A DNA stretch of 47,826 bases, taken from Candidatus Parcubacteria bacterium (GTDB lineage: Bacteria > Patescibacteriota > Patescibacteriia > Patescibacteriales > UBA12075). Position numbers and translations under genes: made by a program. The stretch lies in the NCBI GenBank assembly GCA_023142915.1, contig JAGLIO010000063.1:1-47826 (forward strand), read 5' to 3'. The notes under the pieces are model-generated. The model had not been told where the DNA came from. It made no database searches and worked only from the letters and a program-made list of their open reading frames with translations. Below, one piece after another: positions 1 through 8,217 of the stretch. Positions within the stretch are counted from its first letter, which is position 1. Each line of letters begins with the position of its first letter.

Positions 1-46
1 CCTTTTTTGTTAACCTGGGTTTTAAAACCCAGGTTAACAAAAAAGG
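1..46. terminator. Perfect 46-bp palindrome downstream of rplL, probable terminator (may extend past the window edge)
   Basis: CCTTTTTTGTTAACCTGGGTTTT|AAAACCCAGGTTAACAAAAAAGG is its own reverse complement and lies 18 nt after the rplL stop. Confidence 0.65.
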
Positions 47-64
47 ACGTTTTTTATTGTTTTT

Positions 65-520
65 TTATTTCAAAGTAACCTTAGCTCCTGCTTCTTCCAA
101 CTGTTTTTTAATGGTTTCTGCTTCTTCCTTTTTAACGCCCTCTTTAATAACTTTTGGCGCTGCGTCAACCATGTCTTTAGCATCTTTAAGACCTATTTCA
201 GTAATGGCTCTTACCGCTTTAATTACTGCAATTTTATTGCTTCCTGCCTCGCTTAATTCAATGTCAAAACTGCTTTTTTCTTCTACTTCCGCGCCTGCGT
301 CAGCGCCTGGCATAGCTCCCATCATCATTGCCGGAGCAGCAGCGGAAACGCCGAATTTGTCTTCAAGAATTTTTACCAATTCAGCTAAATCCAAAACAGA
401 CATTTTCTCTATTTCTTCAACCAATGATTTAAATTTTGCAGGAACCTCAACTGCTTTTTCCTTATCCGCCTTAGCTTCAGCGGCGGCAGTTGTTTTCTCT
501 TGTTTTTTTTCTTCAGTCAT
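65..520 (-). CDS. rplL: 50S ribosomal protein L7/L12
   Basis: [51 protein letters not shown] signatures; directly follows rplJ. Confidence 0.99.
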   Translation of the reverse strand: MTEEKKQEKTTAAAEAKADKEKAVEVPAKFKSLVEEIEKMSVLDLAELVKILEDKFGVSAAAPAMMMGAMPGADAGAEVEEKSSFDIELSEAGSNKIAVIKAVRAITEIGLKDAKDMVDAAPKVIKEGVKKEEAETIKKQLEEAGAKVTLK

Positions 521-555
521 AGTATTTGTTTAATTTTAATTAATTATTTTTTAAT

Positions 556-1092
556 TTAAGCTTTTTTTTCTTCAATAGCTTTTAAAACATTAACCAATCC
601 GCGGATATTTCCTGCCAAGACATTAACAAAACCGGAAATCGGCGCGTTTAGGGAACCGACAATTTTAGCATATAACTCATCTTTGCTCGGCAATTTCGCA
701 AGAGCGGTAACTTCGGTCATGTTTAAAAATTTATTTTCCAAAATTCCCGCAACCAGTCTTACTTTTTCTTTATTTTCTTCATTCTTATTTTGGAATTCAT
801 CAACAATTTTTGCCGGAGCAACTTCATCTTTGTAGCCGAATACAGCCGCTATTTTTCCTTCAAAACTCTTAATATCTAAATTTTCAATTTTTTCTTCTTT
901 AAAAGCAATATCCAAAAGAGTTTTTTTGGCAACCATGTATTCACTGTCAGCTTCTCTTAAATTATTTCTTAATTCTTCATTACCTTTTACTCCCAAAGAA
1001 TTAAATTCGGTAAAAACAATGGATTTGGCTTTTTTAATTTTTTTTTCAAGAGTTCTTAAAATTTCTTGTTTTTGCAGTTTTGTTTTAGGCAT
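556..1092 (-). CDS. rplJ: 50S ribosomal protein L10
   Basis: LRNNLRE..YMVAKKTLL, LAKLPSKDELYAKIVGSLNAPI motifs; upstream of rplL. Confidence 0.98.
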   Translation of the reverse strand: MPKTKLQKQEILRTLEKKIKKAKSIVFTEFNSLGVKGNEELRNNLREADSEYMVAKKTLLDIAFKEEKIENLDIKSFEGKIAAVFGYKDEVAPAKIVDEFQNKNEENKEKVRLVAGILENKFLNMTEVTALAKLPSKDELYAKIVGSLNAPISGFVNVLAGNIRGLVNVLKAIEEKKA

Positions 1093-1119
1093 ATAATAAT
1101 AAATTAACTAAAATTAAAT

Positions 1120-1200
1120 AAAAAAATGGCAATTAAAAAGCCATTTATCTCTTGTCTTACCTCGGCAGGTCTTATTTTTTCGCCTGCTGTCTATGGCTTA
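1120..1200 (-). promoter_or_regulatory. L10 ribosomal protein leader with attenuator hairpin
   Basis: Minus strand AGACAGCAGG...CCTGCCGAGG (L10-leader core), followed by AAATGGC-loop-GCCATTTTTTT hairpin plus U-run just before rplJ. Confidence 0.8.
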
Positions 1201-1214
1201 ATTAACTTGTTTTT

Positions 1215-1245
1215 ATTATAATAGCATAGCAAATAATTATGTCAA
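1215..1245 (-). promoter_or_regulatory. sigma70-type promoter for rplJL
   Basis: TTGACA (1245-1240) followed by TGcTATTAT/TATAAT (1226-1215); spacing 16 or 19 nt depending on the -10 chosen. Confidence 0.6.
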
Positions 1246-1277
1246 GCAATTATACTCTTAAATCACAAAATCACGCT

Positions 1278-2564
1278 TTACTCATTCCTCAAAGCCTCAA
1301 TCGGATCCATGCGGGCGGCTTTGCGGGCAGGGTAGAGGCCGAAGGCTATGCCAAAAAAGGTTGAAAAACCCAAGGCAACAATGTATGCTTTTAAAGGAAC
1401 AGTAAATTCCCAGCCCAAACCTGCATAATTAGCTCCAAAAGCGATAAGCCAGGAAAAAATAATTCCTACTATTACTCCCAGTATTCCGCCTAAAACCGTA
1501 ACTAAGATTGATTCAAGTAAAAATTGCGTCATTATATCCGCGTAAGTCGCCCCAACGGCTTTTCTTAAGCCGATTTCAGATGTCCGCTCGGTAACGGCAA
1601 CGTACATAATATTCATAATCCCAACTCCGCCAACCACCAAAGAAATGGCAACAATAGCCAGTAAAAGCAAAGTAATCGCACCGGTAACAGTATCCATAAT
1701 CTCCATAGATTCAACCATGGACGCAACTCGAAAATCATCTTTGCCTGTATCAAAAACACCTGTCTGTTTTTCGGTTGGCTGAGGAATATTATGATTTTCT
1801 CTTAATAAATAGCGCATCTCGTCCGCAGCCTCATCTATTCTTTTTACGTCGCTAATTTTATGCATCATATATTGTATACTGCCAATGCCCATAATTTTTT
1901 TTTGCAAAGTCCTAACCGGCACATAAGCGATATCGTCAAAATCAAAAGTCATAACAGCTCCGCGCTCTTTTAAAACACCGATAACTTTAAACTTTTTCTT
2001 GCGCAATTTAATTGATTTGCCAATAGGGTCTGTTTCACCGAATAATTCGTCTTTTATTTTTCGCCCCAAAATTACAACCTGAGATAATGATTTGTCTTCC
2101 GCTTCCGTAAAAAAACGGCCGCTGTTAATTTCACTTCTATCCAGCTTGATATAAGACGCGCTTACACCCAAAAGCATTGCTTTATAAGTTTCATTTCCGT
2201 AAGCTAATTGCTCTTGTCCGAGTACGCCAGCGTAACTGTCTTCAACTAGAAATAATTTGTTTATATCATCCATGTCATCCAAAGTTAAAGTGGTAACCTG
2301 CACGCCCATTGCCATATTGGTTACTGACTGCGCTTCCGAGCCTCCGCCTTGCTTGGAGCTGGGAATTTTAATTTCGGTTTGTATCATATCCGAACCGCCA
2401 AAAGATTCAATTTGTCCCACAATCAAAGAATTTATGCCCTCGCCGGCGGAATACACGATAATTACGCTTGCGATTCCAATCACAACGCCCAAAACAGTAA
2501 GAGCTGTCCTTACTTTATTAATCTTAAGCGCGATTATTCCGTTTTTAGCGCTTTCTAGAAACAT
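1278..2564 (-). CDS. MacB/FtsX-family ABC transporter permease
   Basis: RTALTVLGVVIGIASVI, GGVGIMNIMYVAVTERTSEIGLRKAVGA, YPARKAARMDPIEALR. Confidence 0.95.
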   Translation of the reverse strand: MFLESAKNGIIALKINKVRTALTVLGVVIGIASVIIVYSAGEGINSLIVGQIESFGGSDMIQTEIKIPSSKQGGGSEAQSVTNMAMGVQVTTLTLDDMDDINKLFLVEDSYAGVLGQEQLAYGNETYKAMLLGVSASYIKLDRSEINSGRFFTEAEDKSLSQVVILGRKIKDELFGETDPIGKSIKLRKKKFKVIGVLKERGAVMTFDFDDIAYVPVRTLQKKIMGIGSIQYMMHKISDVKRIDEAADEMRYLLRENHNIPQPTEKQTGVFDTGKDDFRVASMVESMEIMDTVTGAITLLLLAIVAISLVVGGVGIMNIMYVAVTERTSEIGLRKAVGATYADIMTQFLLESILVTVLGGILGVIVGIIFSWLIAFGANYAGLGWEFTVPLKAYIVALGFSTFFGIAFGLYPARKAARMDPIEALRNE

Positions 2565-2646
2565 ATTTGGATTTATGATTTGAGATTTATAATTTTAATT
2601 TAAAAAATATTTTAATTTATTAGATTTTAAAATTTCTAACTTTTAC

Positions 2647-3042
2647 TTAATTCGCTTGTGCTCGTTGACTGATGTAATTATTAATCGCCTTATGCAAAGC
2701 ATCAACACCAAGCATTGAACAATGCACTTTTGGCGCTGGCAAACCGCCAAGATCTTCAACAATATCATCTTTTTTTAATTTCAATGCTTCGTCCAATGTT
2801 TTTCCTTTGGCAATTTCGGTTAAAGCCGAAGATACGGCAATCGCGGCGGCGCAGCCCAAAGTTTCAAATTTTATATCTTCTATAAATTCTTCTCCCGATT
2901 TTTTCCGCACTATTTTAAGATACATTTTCATAACATCCCCGCAAACAGGATTGCCTTCTTTGGCAACCGCGTCAGGATTTTTCATGCTGCCCTGATTGCG
3001 CGGACTTTTAAAATGCTCTAAAACTTTTTGTGAATATGGCAT
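2647..3042 (-). CDS. iscU: Fe-S cluster assembly scaffold, IscU/NifU-N family
   Basis: YSQKVLEHFKSPRNQG, GNPVCGD, FETLGCAAAIA, KVHCS: three conserved Cys. Confidence 0.95.
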   Translation of the reverse strand: MPYSQKVLEHFKSPRNQGSMKNPDAVAKEGNPVCGDVMKMYLKIVRKKSGEEFIEDIKFETLGCAAAIAVSSALTEIAKGKTLDEALKLKKDDIVEDLGGLPAPKVHCSMLGVDALHKAINNYISQRAQAN

Positions 3043-3051
3043 ATTTCAAAA

Positions 3052-3789
3052 TTAATAAATAAAAACTCCCGTCCCAATCGGCGTCCAATTGTAAATTAAT
3101 TCAGCCGAATCCTCTCCTAGGCGAACACAGCCATGAGATGCCGGCTTGCCTAAATGATCCTCTCCTTCGCGGTATCCGTTCGGCCAAATCGGCAATTCGT
3201 GAATTCCAATTCGTCCGGAATCAAGCCCAAGCCAATATGGCATCCATAGGCCGTAAGGCGACCAGGCTTTCGGGCTTTTGCTTGCAACTTTATAATGCTT
3301 GCGCGGGGTTGAATTGTTGAGTCCGCTTGAAACAGGAAAAACTCCCATCAGCACTCCTCCTAAAAAAAAGCTTAATTCCTGCTTGGCAATATTTATTTCA
3401 ATCCGTTTGCTAAGCAAAACTTTGTCTTTGTTTAACGGATCGTAGCCGGCCTTAATTTCCTCATAATCGGAAAAACCGTCCCCGTCAGTATCTTTATTAA
3501 TCAAACTGGTGTGAAATCTAAGCTCATCCTTGTCGGACAATCCGTCTTTGTCATAATCGTTATCTTCCAGCCTTACAGCTTTTGGATTATGCGGCGAATA
3601 GCCTGTATTCAGTTCAAGCCAATCTGAGTAGCCGTCTCCATCAGTATCCGGATTATCAGCATCAGTAAAATAAATATTTTCCTCGTCTAAATCAGGCACG
3701 CCGTCCCAATCAGAATCAACCAAGCCGTTAGCAATGGCGATACTTGATGAAAATACTAACATTACTATTACTGCTGCTAAATATTTCAT
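3052..3789 (-). CDS. Secreted L,D-transpeptidase (YkuD domain) with DxDxDG/TSP3-like Ca-binding repeats
   Basis: Signal peptide; DSDWDG, DTDGDG x2, DYDKDG repeats; IGIH...SHGCVRL catalytic motif. Confidence 0.92.
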   Translation of the reverse strand: MKYLAAVIVMLVFSSSIAIANGLVDSDWDGVPDLDEENIYFTDADNPDTDGDGYSDWLELNTGYSPHNPKAVRLEDNDYDKDGLSDKDELRFHTSLINKDTDGDGFSDYEEIKAGYDPLNKDKVLLSKRIEINIAKQELSFFLGGVLMGVFPVSSGLNNSTPRKHYKVASKSPKAWSPYGLWMPYWLGLDSGRIGIHELPIWPNGYREGEDHLGKPASHGCVRLGEDSAELIYNWTPIGTGVFIY

Positions 3790-3805
3790 ATCAAATAAAA
3801 AATTT

Positions 3806-3847
3806 AAAAAACCGTCCCGCCCTTCGCAAAAGACGGAACGGTTTTTT
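3806..3847. terminator. Intrinsic terminator (possibly bidirectional)
   Basis: AAAAAACCGT...ACGGTTTTTT stem 11 nt past the stop of 3859..4296. Confidence 0.7.
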
Positions 3848-3858
3848 TAATCTTACAA

Positions 3859-4296
3859 TTACGCCGCCATAACATGCTCTTGAAACTTTGTTTTTAAAAC
3901 CTTTAATTCTCCTTTTACTTTTTCAACTTCTTTATTAACGGCAATAATATCTTCATTTTCAGTATTAATTGATCTATCAACTTTTTGTTCTAATTTATCA
4001 ATTTTTTTAGAAAGAGTTACGATATCATGTTTAATTGTGGTAATTTCGCCTTTCATTCCGGAAATCTCGCCTTTAATTTCAAAAATATCACTTTTTATTT
4101 CAGCAATCTCGCCTTTAATTTCAAAAATATCACTTTTTATTTCAGCAATCTCACTTTTTATTTCAGCAAATTTTTCATCCTGCGCCTCAAAGCCTTTTTG
4201 AACGGAAATAGCTAAATTATCAACTGTTTTGATAAAATATTCAGTGCTACTGTCCACTATTTTTTTAATTTGTTTTAAATCATTATTGTCTAACAT
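3859..4296 (-). CDS. Small heptad-repeat coiled-coil protein, paralogue A
   Basis: EIKS(E/D)I(A/F) heptads; N- and C-termini nearly the same as 6467..6823. Confidence 0.85.
   Translation of the reverse strand: MLDNNDLKQIKKIVDSSTEYFIKTVDNLAISVQKGFEAQDEKFAEIKSEIAEIKSDIFEIKGEIAEIKSDIFEIKGEISGMKGEITTIKHDIVTLSKKIDKLEQKVDRSINTENEDIIAVNKEVEKVKGELKVLKTKFQEHVMAA
4063..4152. repeat. 42-bp tandem repeat (two copies plus a partial) encoding paired heptads
   Basis: AATCTCGCCTTTAATTTCAAAAATATCACTTTTTATTTCAGC starts at 4063 and 4105; partial copy at 4147. Confidence 0.9.
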
Positions 4297-4302
4297 GATA
4301 AT

Positions 4303-4331
4303 ATTATATATTATTAATTATTTTATGTCAA
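4303..4331 (-). promoter_or_regulatory. Consensus sigma70 promoter, predicted leaderless transcript
   Basis: TTGACA-17 nt-TATAAT, then 6 nt, then the ATG at 4296. Confidence 0.85.
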
Positions 4332-4350
4332 AAATAAATACAACAAAAAC

Positions 4351-4998
4351 CTATTCATATAAAATCATTTCCTCACCGCTAATATTAAGTATCTCTTGCC
4401 CGAAATAATTCAAACGCAATTCTTCTAAATTCAAAATATGCTTTAGTCCGCTATCTGTTATAACAAAAACTTTGACATCGCCCTGCTCGCGAATTAAATC
4501 ATTAATAAAATATTTTTTGTCTTGATATTTATTCAACTCGCTCATCTCAACATCATAAATAATTTGCCCTGAATATTCTTTTAATTTCTCAATACTTGAA
4601 ATATATATTTTAAATCCTTTTCTTATTAAATATATTTTATTGTCTTCGCCTCTGAGTAGCGCGCCATCCGCGTAAGCGCTTATACCAAGCGTAATAACTC
4701 CTTTATCCGCTTTATTATTCTTGTCCTCTAAAATTTCGGCGTGGGATGGTTCTTTGTTTTCTTGATTAACCGGAAAAATATAACCGCTTCCCAAAGAATC
4801 TATTGTTGATGGTTTATTTTCTTCTTCTTGTTTTTCCAGCTCATCTTCAACATTTTCTCGCGAATCAGAAGAATTAGACGATTCATTATTCATTAATTGC
4901 GGATTTGTGCTAATATTGCCGAATATTTCTGACGCGCTTAATTGCGCGAACGGAAGCAATAAAAAAATAATAAAAATAATAAAATTTTTCATACGCAT
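4351..4998 (-). CDS. Secreted protein with two C-terminal repeats
   Basis: Signal peptide, acidic linker, two ~50-aa repeats (GALLRGEDNKIYLI... / NDLIREQGDVKVFVI...). Confidence 0.8.
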   Translation of the reverse strand: MRMKNFIIFIIFLLLPFAQLSASEIFGNISTNPQLMNNESSNSSDSRENVEDELEKQEEENKPSTIDSLGSGYIFPVNQENKEPSHAEILEDKNNKADKGVITLGISAYADGALLRGEDNKIYLIRKGFKIYISSIEKLKEYSGQIIYDVEMSELNKYQDKKYFINDLIREQGDVKVFVITDSGLKHILNLEELRLNYFGQEILNISGEEMILYE

Positions 4999-5004
4999 AA
5001 AAAC

Positions 5005-5032
5005 GTAGAGACGCGCCGTGGCGCGTCTCTAC
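5005..5032. repeat. GTAG-type REP-like palindrome, copy 1 (intergenic)
   Basis: GTAGAGACGCGCC-GT-GGCGCGTCTCTAC, stem extended by AAAC/GTTT. Confidence 0.92.
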
Positions 5033-5050
5033 GTTTATATTTAAATTATC

Positions 5051-6379
5051 CTATTCTGTTAAAATTCCATAACCGGAATTATAAGCGCCAACAACGGTTC
5101 CTGCCGGCACTTTCATTTGCACATATATTTTCACCTGCCTGCCATCGCTTACGCCATTATCAATTCCGCTTATATCTACTCCTGTGTCAGGATAAATATT
5201 ATCGTCTAAAATATCAACCCAAGTAATTTCATTAACTGAAAAACGCATATTGCCTCCGGCGCCTAAAACTGCTGCTCCGCCCCATTCGTTAAATTTCATT
5301 TTTAACAAAGTTTCGCTCATATCCAAAACCGTAATATCAAACTCCCAGCTCCAGCCGTCCGCGTATTCGTCTTTGGCTTTTGCCGAAGTTTTTGTCATCA
5401 CTAACGAATCCACTGTAATCCCGCAAGGAGATGTTGTAAAAGCCGCGTCAGCGCTTGTGTCATTTTCCGAAGCATCAGCATTTTCAACATAAACTGAATA
5501 ATGATAGGTTGTATTACAGCTTAAACTATCTAAATTAATAATCGCTTCTGTGTTGGCAGTGACGCTAATTTCAGTTGTAACATTTCCATAAGTATCATCC
5601 AAACCGAAATTCACAACAGCTCCGGAATCTCCATTGGTTTGAAAAACAATATCCGCGCTTGTCTTTTCAATATTTTGTACCGGCTCCGCGTTTAACGCGA
5701 CTGTTAAAACAACGCTTCCCTCTAAACTGCTATCACCCTCTTCTTCACCATCTCCCTCTCCGCTTTCTGATGAATTTTGCGGTGTTGGCATATCGGTTTC
5801 AATAAAATCAACGCTATTGTCATCAGTATCTTCGCCGTCGGGTACTCTGACGATGCTATATGTTTCCGCCGGATTAGGCGCGGCCGCCAAACCTTCAAAA
5901 TCTACTGCCGAACCTATACCGACAAAGTCAACAATATTTTCATCTTCTTTGTTTTCTATATTAATATCATTATTTACCAAATAAACCGTATTGCCATTAG
6001 CCAGTGACAAACTTGATGATGTAATATCTGCTAATTCCAATAAAGACGTAGTAGCAAGGCTTCTTACAACCAAAAAATACCCACCTGCCGGAATTATTTC
6101 GCTAAGACTAATTTTAGATAGTGATGTCCCTGCCAGCCTTTGCAAAGACCAGCCGTCCAATAAAACATCTTCTGTCGTAGGATTGTATATTTCCACCCAA
6201 TCATCATTGTAGCCTCCACCGCCAACAATGCTATCTAAATGCGCTTCATTAATAACCAAATGATCGGCAATGCCGGCTTGCGCGTCTTCTGTTTTTTCCA
6301 AACACAAAAAACACGCCAAAATTAAAAAAGCCCCTGCGCTTAAACGCAAAGACACCTTGTTGTTCCTCCTCGTTTTCAT
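5051..6379 (-). CDS. Secreted lamin-tail-domain + FN3-like + C-terminal beta-sandwich protein (start moved to ATG at 6379)
   Basis: DHLVINE...DDWVEIYNPT..LDGWSL (LTD); LSCNTTYHYSV (FN3-like); ends MKVPAGTVVGAYNSGYGILTE; signal peptide begins MKTRRNNK. Confidence 0.8.
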   Translation of the reverse strand: MKTRRNNKVSLRLSAGAFLILACFLCLEKTEDAQAGIADHLVINEAHLDSIVGGGGYNDDWVEIYNPTTEDVLLDGWSLQRLAGTSLSKISLSEIIPAGGYFLVVRSLATTSLLELADITSSSLSLANGNTVYLVNNDINIENKEDENIVDFVGIGSAVDFEGLAAAPNPAETYSIVRVPDGEDTDDNSVDFIETDMPTPQNSSESGEGDGEEEGDSSLEGSVVLTVALNAEPVQNIEKTSADIVFQTNGDSGAVVNFGLDDTYGNVTTEISVTANTEAIINLDSLSCNTTYHYSVYVENADASENDTSADAAFTTSPCGITVDSLVMTKTSAKAKDEYADGWSWEFDITVLDMSETLLKMKFNEWGGAAVLGAGGNMRFSVNEITWVDILDDNIYPDTGVDISGIDNGVSDGRQVKIYVQMKVPAGTVVGAYNSGYGILTE

Positions 6380-6466
6380 TGTTTTTTTTTGTTGGCAAAA
6401 TAAAATAGGATTAAATCCCACAAAATATTTTGCCAAATTAATAATTATTAAAAAATTTACTAAAAA

Positions 6467-6823
6467 TTACGCCGGCATAACATGCTCTTGAATTCTTGTT
6501 TCTACAATTTTTAATCTCTCTTTTACTTTTTCAACTTCTTGATTAACAGCAATAATATCCTCGTTCTCGGTATTAATTAATCTATCAACTTTTTGCTCTA
6601 ATTTATCAAGCCTCTCAGAAAGCTCCGCGACTTCACATCTAATAGTAGCGATTATTTCATCAAATCTTTTATCTATATATTTATCCTGTTCATCAAAACG
6701 TTTATCAACTTGTTCAAAATGTTTATCAACTTGTTTAAAACCTTTATTAATAATAATAGCAAAATCATCAAATTTGCTATCCATTAATTTTCCAATTTGT
6801 TTTAAATCATTATTGTCTAACAT
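6467..6823 (-). CDS. Small coiled-coil protein, paralogue B
   Basis: MLDNNDLKQI start and LEQKVDRxINTENEDIIAVN...QEHVMxA end shared with 3859..4296; middle is VDKRF-type repeats. Confidence 0.85.
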   Translation of the reverse strand: MLDNNDLKQIGKLMDSKFDDFAIIINKGFKQVDKHFEQVDKRFDEQDKYIDKRFDEIIATIRCEVAELSERLDKLEQKVDRLINTENEDIIAVNQEVEKVKERLKIVETRIQEHVMPA

Positions 6824-6829
6824 AATAAT

Positions 6830-6858
6830 ATTATATATTATTAATTATTTTATGTCAA
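6830..6858 (-). promoter_or_regulatory. Consensus sigma70 promoter, predicted leaderless transcript (duplicate of 4303-4331)
   Basis: TTGACA-17 nt-TATAAT, then 6 nt, then the ATG at 6823. Confidence 0.85.
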
Positions 6859-6869
6859 AAAAATTTATT

Positions 6870-8201
6870 TTATTTTTTGCGTATAGCCAAAACTAAAACA
6901 ATCAAAATAACAAAGACGCCAATTAATAAAAATAATTCTCTTGGATTAAATCCTGATTTAATGAATTCCATGCTTAAAACTTTTATTTTTTGCACTAAAA
7001 TACTTGCTTCTGACTCAACTGTATTATGATTGGAAGCATAAATTTTGGCAAAATTTGTATAATTTCCGCTTTCAATATTATTTTCTATATCAATCATATA
7101 TGAAACACTCTTAAATTCACCAACATTAATATCGCCGATATTCCAATTTTTATTTTCTTCATTTGTGGCGTTATAGACAAAACCTTTTGCCAATATATTT
7201 GTTAAAATTACGTCAAAAGCCGGTAAATTACCGCTATTGCTTATAATAATTTCACATGCAATTCCTGTTTGTCCGGGATTAACTATTTCTTCTTTAATGA
7301 TATTTTCCACTTCTAATTTCGGCTCTCCTTCCTCTCCCAATACTATTGTTTCATCTTTGTTTTTTGTGGTTGTAAATGATAATTCTTTTCCGTATTTTTC
7401 AGGAGAAGCCTTTGAAAGCGGGCGGAAATAGTAAGTTGTTGCCGGCTCAAGATCACTTATAATTACCGAATGCGGAATCGTCTTATTCAAATCTTCCGCG
7501 ATAGAGTAAGCATAACCATAATTTGGCGCGCTTGAATTACTAATGTTTAGATGCGATATTATGTCATAGATTACTCTGGAAGTAGCTGGATTATTCGTGA
7601 GCCAAGATATAGTAGCGCTGGCATTATTAACGGTTACTACTTCATTGGAAATTATTAAATTATTATAATAATATCCTCCGCTAGAGCTCCCACCTTCGTC
7701 AATTTCACCGCTAATTGATTCATTTGTTCCGTCGCCGACAACAATATCAAAACCGGCTATTTTTCCCTGATAACTATTATTAGCTGATTCGTTAAAACTT
7801 ACGGCAAAATTATATGTGATAGCTGTGAATCCTGCTAAATCAGACAAATAAACGCCATCTAAAGCAAAAAAATTATTCAAGCTGTCAGAGTAAAGCTCAT
7901 CCCCTTCTTCTGTAATCGTTAAAATTAATTGTTCTCCTAGTCCGTTATCATATATATTTATTGCTCTGGCAGCGATAGGAATGTTATTTTCTGTTTTATT
8001 AGTAACATTTATCCAGCGAGCCTCACTGTTTCCCGGTAAAAAATTAGCCTTGTCAAACAATGGCGTACTTGTACCGGTTTTAAATTCAATATCTAAAATA
8101 TCAGTTGACTGCGCGCTAACCGTTGAAACACACGCAACAAAACCGGCAATAACAAAAATTACGCTAAAAATAAAAATAAATTTTAATATTTTGATTGGCA
8201 T
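6870..8201 (-). CDS. Membrane-anchored protein: TasA-like domain + FN3-like + DUF11-like + C-terminal TM
   Basis: NFLPGNSEARWINVTN and FNESANNSYQGKIAGFDI (TasA/camelysin-type motifs); ATISWLTN..ATSRVIYD; VLGEEG; hydrophobic tail ending IRKK. Confidence 0.75.
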   Translation of the reverse strand: MPIKILKFIFIFSVIFVIAGFVACVSTVSAQSTDILDIEFKTGTSTPLFDKANFLPGNSEARWINVTNKTENNIPIAARAINIYDNGLGEQLILTITEEGDELYSDSLNNFFALDGVYLSDLAGFTAITYNFAVSFNESANNSYQGKIAGFDIVVGDGTNESISGEIDEGGSSSGGYYYNNLIISNEVVTVNNASATISWLTNNPATSRVIYDIISHLNISNSSAPNYGYAYSIAEDLNKTIPHSVIISDLEPATTYYFRPLSKASPEKYGKELSFTTTKNKDETIVLGEEGEPKLEVENIIKEEIVNPGQTGIACEIIISNSGNLPAFDVILTNILAKGFVYNATNEENKNWNIGDINVGEFKSVSYMIDIENNIESGNYTNFAKIYASNHNTVESEASILVQKIKVLSMEFIKSGFNPRELFLLIGVFVILIVLVLAIRKK

Positions 8202-8217
8202 TTTTTTAATTTTATTA

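Noticed and set aside
3859-6858. Diversity-generating retroelement (template/variable repeat pair) here or at 34040-34658
   Set aside because: No reverse transcriptase in the window, and the differences are not an adenine-specific pattern; the 61-bp pair is identical.
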